From contig JBGARZ010000008.1 in assembly GCA_044229975.1 (NCBI GenBank), positions 1-64,000 of the forward strand: a stretch of DNA of 64,000 bases, written 5' to 3'. This DNA is from Polyangiales bacterium (GTDB lineage: Bacteria; Myxococcota_A; Polyangia; Polyangiales; Ga0077539). The notes under the pieces were generated by a model that saw nothing but the letters and a program-made list of their open reading frames with translations, made no database searches and was not told where the DNA came from. This document shows positions 58,013-64,000 of this stretch, piece by piece. Numbering within the stretch: position 1 is the stretch's first letter; each line of letters begins with the position of its first letter. A program made the translations under genes and the position numbers.

Positions 58013-60223
58013 TCAACGTACGAAGATGCTGCTCCCTCGCGTGCGGAAGGGAACCTCGATGGACCCGCCGCGCACGGTCACCGACGGACCTCCGAGAGCA
58101 TCACGCAGCGTCGTGCCGTCGGCCACGTCGAGCTCCCCTGGCAGGCGCACCGTCACCGATCGTGACGTGCTCCCGCGGTTGAGCGCCACGATCGCCACAT
58201 CGTCGCCGGTGCCGCGTGCGTAGACGTACCCGTCGCCGTCGGTGTGCAGTGAGCGCCGAGCGCCGCGCTGCAACCCGCGGTGCGTCCCGCGCAGGTGACC
58301 CACCGCGCGGACGTGCTCCAACAGCCGCTGCTCGCGCGCGTTGATGTCGGCGCCGAAGCGCATCATCCGGCGGTTGTCCGGGTCGGCCGCGCCGGGCATT
58401 CCCACTTCGTCACCGTAGTAGATGAGCGGAACACCCCGCTGCGTGAGCGTGAACGTAAATGCCAGCGCCATGCGCTCGTAGGGCTCGTCGTTGTCGGGTC
58501 GCGGCGGGGGGTTGTTGTAGCCGAGCTCGCGGGTGTCTCCCGACAACTGACCGGCGGCTTCGGACAAGAAGCGCTCGATGTCGTGGTTGCCCAGGAAGGG
58601 AGACATCGGAAACTCTCCGTAGGCCCGCTCGCTGCGCTGCACGGCGGCCTCGATGTCGCCCATGCTCCCGTTGTTGCGCGCGAAGGTGGAGCGAATCGCC
58701 CAGTAGAGGGGGAAGTCGAACTGCGCGTGCAGGGCGTTGCGACCGACGTAGCGACGCACGAGATCGTAGCCGTCGCCGCCGGTGAAGGTCTCGCCCACGG
58801 TGTAGACCGCCGCGTTGCCGGTCTCCCAGGCGTTGAGGCGCGCGCGCAGGTTGCTCGTGGCGAGGAAGTTCATGTGCTTGACGGCGTCGACGCGGAAGCC
58901 GTCGGCGTTGGTCTCGTCGAGCCACCACATGGCGTCGTCCATCATCTGGTCGGCCACGCCCATGTTGGTCCAGTTGACGTCGGGCAGGTAGTTGGTGAAC
59001 CAGCAGTCCAGCGGGCGGTCGTCCCACGAGCACATCGCGCCGCCGCACACGCAGCTCCCGTCTCCGTTGAACCAGCCGTCGCGCTGGTGTTCCATGAAGT
59101 ACGGGTGCTCGCGGTGGAGCTGGTTGCTCACGAGGTCATACAGCACGCGGATGCCGTGACGGTGCGCCTCTTCGTTGAGCGCGCGCAGCTCGTCGAGCGA
59201 ACCCCAATGGGAGTCCGTGTTGCGCGGCTGGTTGGGCCAATACCCGTGGTAGCCGCCATAACCGCGGCCGTCGCCGCCGCGGCCGACGTTGTGCGTGTTG
59301 CCGTTGACCGGTGAGAGCCACAGCGCCTTCACCCCGAGCTGGTCGAAGTACCCGTCGCGCAGCGCGGCCGTGACGCCCGCGAAGTCGCCGCCGTTCCAGT
59401 CGGCGATCTCGGCGATGCCGCCGACGCGGCCGTCGTTGAGGGGATTGCCGTTGCGGAAGCGGTCGGTGAACACGAAGTACAGCGGACCATCGCCCCACTG
59501 AAACGGCGTCTCTTCGACCCACATCGGGACGATGAGCTCGGCGGCTCGGCGGCCGTTGACGGTGCTCGCGTTGAAGCGGAGCTGGTAGCGCGTGCGAGCG
59601 AGGCCCGTCGCGCGAACGCGGATGACGCCCGCCGCGCGGTCATAGGTCACGGCCGACGCGGGGAGGGCCGTCGGGGTCATGGTGACGCGAACGCTCGCCG
59701 GGTCGACGCCGCGACCCTCGGCGCCGTCGGTGACGCGGACGTCGACTTCGAGGGTTCCGTCGGCGGTGGCGCTGTTGCGCGCCGACGTGAGCAACGGGAG
59801 GTTGCAGTCGGGGACGATGACGCGGGAGTTTTCGACGCCGCCGACGTACTTGAGCGCGATGTTCTCGGGGTCGGCCATCCACTGGTCGCCGTCGACGACG
59901 AACTTGTAGCCGTAGTCACCCGGAGGGAGATCGACCTCGGCGCGGAAGACGCCCGACGCGCCCGATGGGGCGAGCGGGGTGGCGGTGGTGGAGAAGCGGT
60001 TCCATTCGCCGCCGACGGCGACGGTGCGCGCGGGTCGCCCCAGGTTGAGCGTAAACGTCGTGCGGCAGGTGCGCGTGGTGGGGGCGTCGGTGCCGGGCGC
60101 GGCGTCGAAGGCCAGCGCGGTGTCGACTGCGGCGGAGGCATCGGCGGGTGGGGCGACGGTGGAGTCGTCACAGCCGACGAGCGCGAGACCCAGGAGCGCG
60201 AGCGGTCGGTGCAATCGGCCCAT
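58013..60223 (-). CDS. GH13 alpha-amylase-family lipoprotein with CBM48-like domain
   Basis: Lipobox LVGC; VAVGGEWN...YKFVVDG..W.ADP (CBM48-like); DRFRNG, GYHGYW, GFRVDAVKH, VGE, GNHD catalytic motifs. Confidence 0.9.
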   Translation of the reverse strand: MGRLHRPLALLGLALVGCDDSTVAPPADASAAVDTALAFDAAPGTDAPTTRTCRTTFTLNLGRPARTVAVGGEWNRFSTTATPLAPSGASGVFRAEVDLPPGDYGYKFVVDGDQWMADPENIALKYVGGVENSRVIVPDCNLPLLTSARNSATADGTLEVDVRVTDGAEGRGVDPASVRVTMTPTALPASAVTYDRAAGVIRVRATGLARTRYQLRFNASTVNGRRAAELIVPMWVEETPFQWGDGPLYFVFTDRFRNGNPLNDGRVGGIAEIADWNGGDFAGVTAALRDGYFDQLGVKALWLSPVNGNTHNVGRGGDGRGYGGYHGYWPNQPRNTDSHWGSLDELRALNEEAHRHGIRVLYDLVSNQLHREHPYFMEHQRDGWFNGDGSCVCGGAMCSWDDRPLDCWFTNYLPDVNWTNMGVADQMMDDAMWWLDETNADGFRVDAVKHMNFLATSNLRARLNAWETGNAAVYTVGETFTGGDGYDLVRRYVGRNALHAQFDFPLYWAIRSTFARNNGSMGDIEAAVQRSERAYGEFPMSPFLGNHDIERFLSEAAGQLSGDTRELGYNNPPPRPDNDEPYERMALAFTFTLTQRGVPLIYYGDEVGMPGAADPDNRRMMRFGADINAREQRLLEHVRAVGHLRGTHRGLQRGARRSLHTDGDGYVYARGTGDDVAIVALNRGSTSRSVTVRLPGELDVADGTTLRDALGGPSVTVRGGSIEVPFRTRGSSIFVR

Positions 60224-60343
60224 ATGATCCCGGCACTCAACCAGTACGAGTGACACACGGTCAAGCTCGGGCGCGCGCGGCGACAGCCTCACGCGAGGCT
60301 GGACAAGGCTCGTGGATTCGACGACCACTCCGTGCACCCCACG

Positions 60344-61144
60344 ATGGATTGGATCACCGACCCGAAGGCTCTCGTCGGCCTGCTGACCCTGACGCTCCTG
60401 GAGATCGTCCTCGGCATCGACAACATCGTCTTCATCTCGATCGTGGCGGGGAAGCTGCCGCCCGCGCAGCAGCGGCCCGCGTGGCGCTGGGGGCTCATCC
60501 TCGCGCTCATCCCGCGCATGGTGCTGCTGGGCTTCCTGGGCTTCCTGCTCAAGCTCACGCAGCCGATCATCACGCTGCACGGGCACGCCGATGAGCACAA
60601 CCCGCTCGCGCTCTCGGGCAAGGACCTCATCCTCATCGTCGGCGGGCTCTTCCTGGTGTTCAAGGCCACACGGGAGATTCACGGCAAGCTGGAGGGCGAG
60701 AGCGAAGAGGTGAAGGCCCGCGGCGCGGAGAAGTTCGCCGCCGTGCTCGTGCAGATCATGGCCCTCAACCTGATCTTCAGCATCGACTCGGTGGTGACCG
60801 CCATCGGCATGGTCGACAAGATCGGCATCATGGCGGGCGCGGTGATTCTCTCGACGCTGGCGATGATCGTCGTGGCGCAGCCGGTGGGCGACTACGTCGA
60901 GAAGCACCCGACGGTGAAGATGCTGGCGCTGTCGTTTCTCGTGCTCATCGGCGCCAACCTGCTGGCGGAGGGCTTCGGTCAGCACATCCCCAAGGGCTAC
61001 ACCTACTTCGCCATGGCCTTCTCGGTGGGCGTCGAGATGATCAACATCCGCCTCCGCAAGTCGTCGTCGTCGCCGGTGAAGCTCCACGAGCCGCAGGCGC
61101 CGCTGCCGCCGCCCGCCACGAGCCTGACCCCTCCCGCGCACTGA
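60344..61144 (+). CDS. TerC-family integral membrane protein
   Basis: LEIVLGIDNIVFISI, FSIDSVVTAIG, HPTVKMLALSFL, PKGYTYFAMAFS. Confidence 0.93.
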   Translation: MDWITDPKALVGLLTLTLLEIVLGIDNIVFISIVAGKLPPAQQRPAWRWGLILALIPRMVLLGFLGFLLKLTQPIITLHGHADEHNPLALSGKDLILIVGGLFLVFKATREIHGKLEGESEEVKARGAEKFAAVLVQIMALNLIFSIDSVVTAIGMVDKIGIMAGAVILSTLAMIVVAQPVGDYVEKHPTVKMLALSFLVLIGANLLAEGFGQHIPKGYTYFAMAFSVGVEMINIRLRKSSSSPVKLHEPQAPLPPPATSLTPPAH

Positions 61145-61155
61145 CGACCACCGCC

Positions 61156-61923
61156 ATGCTGCTCGTCATCGACGTCGGAAACACCAACTCGGTCGTCGGG
61201 GTCTACGAGGGCTCTCGGTTGCTCCACCACTTCCGCCTGGAGTCGGCGCGGGGCCGAACCTCCGACGAGTACATGGTCACGGTGCGTTCGCTGCTCGACC
61301 ACCGCGGCATCGACCCGCAGGCCATCTCGGCGAGCGCGCTGGCCAGCGTGGTGCCGTCGCTGTCGGAGGTGTTCGCGCGGATGGTGCGGTCGGCTTTCAA
61401 CCACGAGCCGCTCGTGGTGGGCCCCGGCATCAAGACGGGCATGCCCATCCTCTACGATCAGCCGCGCGAGGTGGGCGCCGACCGCATCGTCAACGCCGTC
61501 GCGGCGTACGAGCGCGAGCGCACCGGACTCATCGTGGTGGACTTCGGGACAGCCACGACCTTCGACGTGGTGAGCCCGAAGGGTGAGTACCTCGGCGGGG
61601 TCATCGCGCCGGGCGTACAGATCTCCGCCGACGCTCTGTTCACGAGGGCGGCGAAGCTCCCGCGCGTTGAGCTCATCATGCCGTCGAAGGTGCTCGGCAA
61701 GAACACCGCGCACGCCATGCAGGCGGGCATTCTCCTGGGCTATGTGGGGCTCGTCGACGGGCTGGTGGAGCGCATCCGCGGGGAGATGGGCTTCCCCTGC
61801 AAGGTCATCGCGACGGGCGGCCTCGCGCGCACCATCGCGCACGAGTCGAAGACCATCCAAGACGTCGACGACTTCCTCACCCTCGACGGGCTGCGCATCC
61901 TGTGGGAACGCAACGCCTCGTAG
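61156..61923 (+). CDS. coaX: Type III pantothenate kinase
   Basis: IDVGNTN, EVGADR, VDFGTATTFD, GGVIAPG, ATGG, LTLDGL. Confidence 0.95.
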   Translation: MLLVIDVGNTNSVVGVYEGSRLLHHFRLESARGRTSDEYMVTVRSLLDHRGIDPQAISASALASVVPSLSEVFARMVRSAFNHEPLVVGPGIKTGMPILYDQPREVGADRIVNAVAAYERERTGLIVVDFGTATTFDVVSPKGEYLGGVIAPGVQISADALFTRAAKLPRVELIMPSKVLGKNTAHAMQAGILLGYVGLVDGLVERIRGEMGFPCKVIATGGLARTIAHESKTIQDVDDFLTLDGLRILWERNAS

Positions 61924-63116
61924 CCCCGCTCCTCGCCGCGCTCCGCGGTGAGGCGCTGCCCGCAGTGGTCGTCGACCTCGACGCCTTCGATCGCAACGTC
62001 CGCTTCGTCGTCGACACGGTGAAGCGCGCGGGCGGAACGGTGACCATTCGACCGGCGACCAAGTCGGTGCGGGTTCCGTCGTTGCTCAAGCGCATCGCGT
62101 CGGCTGACCCGATCTTCCAGGGGTGGATGACCTACTCCGCGCAGGAGACGCGGGCGCTCTGGGCGGAGGGCCTCGACGACTTCCTCGTGGCGTATCCAAC
62201 GGTGCAGGCGAGCGACCTCGCGGCGCTGCGCGAGGTGAGCGAAGGCGGCGGGCGCGTGGCGCTGGTGGTGGACTCCGCCGAGGGCGTGCGGGCCGCGTCG
62301 GCAGCGATGGCGGGGTCGGCGGCGGTGCTGCGCCTGGTGGCCGACGTGGACATGTCCCTGCGAGCGCTGGATGGGCGCGTGCACATCGGCGTGCGACGCA
62401 GTCCGCTGCGGAGCGTGGACGACGTGCGACGGCTCTTCGCGCTGGCGGAAGAGACGCCGGGCGTGAGCATGGTCGGGTGGATGGGCTACGACGCGCAACT
62501 CGCCGGGCTCCAGGACGCCAACCCCTTCCACGAGCTGATGAACGTCGCGGCGCGAGCGGTGCGTGCGTTGTCGCGGACGAGCGTGCGGGCGAAGCGCGAG
62601 GCCATCGCGGCGGCGCTGAAGGCCGATGGACATCGGGTGGAGATCGCCAACGGAGGCGGGTCGGGGTCGATCGATCACGCGCCGTTGGAGCCGTGGCTGA
62701 CGGAGGTGACGGCGGGCTCGGGGTTCATGGGGCCGCACCTGTTCGACTACTTCCGCAACGTGGGCTTCGAGGCGGCGTTTTTCGTGGCGTTGCAGGTGGT
62801 GCGGGCGAGCGATGATGGGTACGTGACGTGTCAGGGTGGCGGGTACGTCGCGTCGGGGAGTCCCGGGTGGGACAAGGTTCCGGTGCCGTGGTGGCCGGAG
62901 GGCGCACGGCTCGTGGGCGCCGAGGGGACGGGCGAGGTGCAGACGCCGCTGCGGGTGCCGAGAGGCGCGGGCGTGGCGGTGGGCGACGCGGTGCTGCTGC
63001 GACACGCGAAGGGCGGCGAGCTGGCCGAGCGGTTTGCGGAGTACCTGTTGGTGCGCGAGGGGAAGGTGGTGGAGCGCGCACCGACGTACCGCGGACGTGG
63101 GTGGTGCTTCGGGTAG
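61902..63116 (+). CDS. PLP-dependent alanine-racemase-fold enzyme (DSD1/D-amino-acid aldolase-dehydratase-like)
   Basis: PAVVVDLDAFDRN, RPATKSVR (PLP Lys), NGGGSG, EVTAGSG, GEVQTP, RHAKGGE; start overlaps coaX by 22 nt, so uncertain. Confidence 0.8.
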   Translation: MGTQRLVAPLLAALRGEALPAVVVDLDAFDRNVRFVVDTVKRAGGTVTIRPATKSVRVPSLLKRIASADPIFQGWMTYSAQETRALWAEGLDDFLVAYPTVQASDLAALREVSEGGGRVALVVDSAEGVRAASAAMAGSAAVLRLVADVDMSLRALDGRVHIGVRRSPLRSVDDVRRLFALAEETPGVSMVGWMGYDAQLAGLQDANPFHELMNVAARAVRALSRTSVRAKREAIAAALKADGHRVEIANGGGSGSIDHAPLEPWLTEVTAGSGFMGPHLFDYFRNVGFEAAFFVALQVVRASDDGYVTCQGGGYVASGSPGWDKVPVPWWPEGARLVGAEGTGEVQTPLRVPRGAGVAVGDAVLLRHAKGGELAERFAEYLLVREGKVVERAPTYRGRGWCFG

Positions 63117-63136
63117 CGGGGGGCAGAGCGCATCCC

Positions 63137-63167
63137 TTGACACTCCAGGGGGTGGCGGGCATAGACC
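63137..63167 (+). promoter_or_regulatory. Candidate sigma70 promoter of cyoE
   Basis: Perfect TTGACA at 63137-63142; only a weak -10 (CATAGA/TAGACC) 17-19 nt downstream. Confidence 0.4.
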
Positions 63168-63183
63168 GGCCCCATCACCCGCC

Positions 63184-64000
63184 ATGACCCTCGCGTCACC
63201 ATCGGTCACGGCGTCGTCCGACGGGCCCCTCGCCATGGTTGAGTCGTCTCGCCCAGCGGCCCTTCGCGACCTCGTCGCGCTCACCAAGCCCCGCCTCTCG
63301 TCCATGGTGCTCTTCACCACGGCCGCGGGTGCCTGGGTTGCGGGCGCGTCCATCACCTGGCCCATCACCATCGCGGCGCTGCTCGGCACCACCCTCGCCG
63401 TGGCCGGCGCGCAGTGCCTCAACTGCTACATCGAGCGCGACCTCGACGGGCTCATGCACCGCACCCGCAACCGGCCGCTCCCGGCAGGGCGCGTCGACCC
63501 GCGGCTCGCCCTCTCGCTCGGCGTCGCCTTCGCGGCGCTCTCCATCCCGGTGCTCTCGGTTGGTACCAACCCCCTCACGGCCATGCTCGGGCTGCTCGCC
63601 ATCGTGAGCTATGTGCTGGTCTACACGCCGATGAAGACCCGCAGCGCGTGGGCCGTCGCCGCGGGCGCAGTCCCCGGCGCGCTCCCGCCGCTCATGGGCT
63701 GGACGGCGGTCACCAACCGCATCGACCTGCCGGGGCTGGTGCTCTTCGGGATCATGTTCTTCTGGCAGTTGCCGCACTTCCTGGCGCTGTCCATCACGCT
63801 CAAGGACGACTACGCCCGCGCTGGGATGAAGACCGTCCCCGAGGTGATGGGCGACCGCCACGCGCGCGTGCAGTCCGCCGCCTTCACCGCCCTCCTGGTG
63901 CTGGTCTCGCTCGCGCTCGTCCCGCTGCACGTCGTGGGCACCGGCTACGCCATCGTCGCGAGCGTGCTCGGCGCGGCCTTCCTCGGCTGGAGCCTGCTCG
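63184..64000 (+). CDS. cyoE: Protoheme IX farnesyltransferase (heme O synthase), truncated by the window end
   Basis: Hand translation gives LTKPRLSSMVLFT, NCYIERDLDGLMHRTRNRPLPAGR, YTPMK, GAVPGALPPLMGW, FFWQLPHF. Confidence 0.93.
   Translation, partial: MTLASPSVTASSDGPLAMVESSRPAALRDLVALTKPRLSSMVLFTTAAGAWVAGASITWPITIAALLGTTLAVAGAQCLNCYIERDLDGLMHRTRNRPLPAGRVDPRLALSLGVAFAALSIPVLSVGTNPLTAMLGLLAIVSYVLVYTPMKTRSAWAVAAGAVPGALPPLMGWTAVTNRIDLPGLVLFGIMFFWQLPHFLALSITLKDDYARAGMKTVPEVMGDRHARVQSAAFTALLVLVSLALVPLHVVGTGYAIVASVLGAAFLGWSLL

Noticed and set aside
60224..61141. N-terminal 300 aa of the 1042-aa ORF
   Set aside because: Antisense to terC; the amylase has a signal peptide and lipobox starting at 60223.

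Overview
High-GC bacterial chromosomal window, most consistent with a Myxococcota (Polyangia-like) genome. That assignment is an inference from the Ser/Thr kinases, PP2C, CglF-like and CglD-like proteins, double-length UvrA and many Asp/Ala/Gly-linker lipoproteins. The window is densely coding, with about 48 genes and one tRNA-Gly(GCC). Housekeeping genes include sthA, uvrA, dapF, lolC/E, a sigma70 factor, the hprK-rapZ-HPr-EI PTS block, yhbY, gpsA, aminopeptidase P, comM/yifB, bcp, terC, coaX and a partial cyoE. A six-gene glycan cluster runs asnB, heparinase II/III, GT4, phosphoglycosyl transferase, DegT aminotransferase and PglF/CapD. The most notable non-routine elements are: (1) a solo Y1/HUH TnpA-like gene bracketed by 88-bp inverted repeats with internal hairpins, a REPtron/RAYT-like architecture; (2) a 32-bp palindrome plus a 4 x 42-bp dyad-containing tandem array between two divergent hypothetical genes; (3) a 546-bp structured region upstream of the sigma factor, with an SD-occluding hairpin; (4) a 1189-aa uncharacterised lipoprotein coupled to a FadL-type beta-barrel; (5) integrin-like and gliding-related surface modules; and (6) a recurrent leaderless-promoter signature. 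All product calls come from motif recognition by eye; no database search was run.
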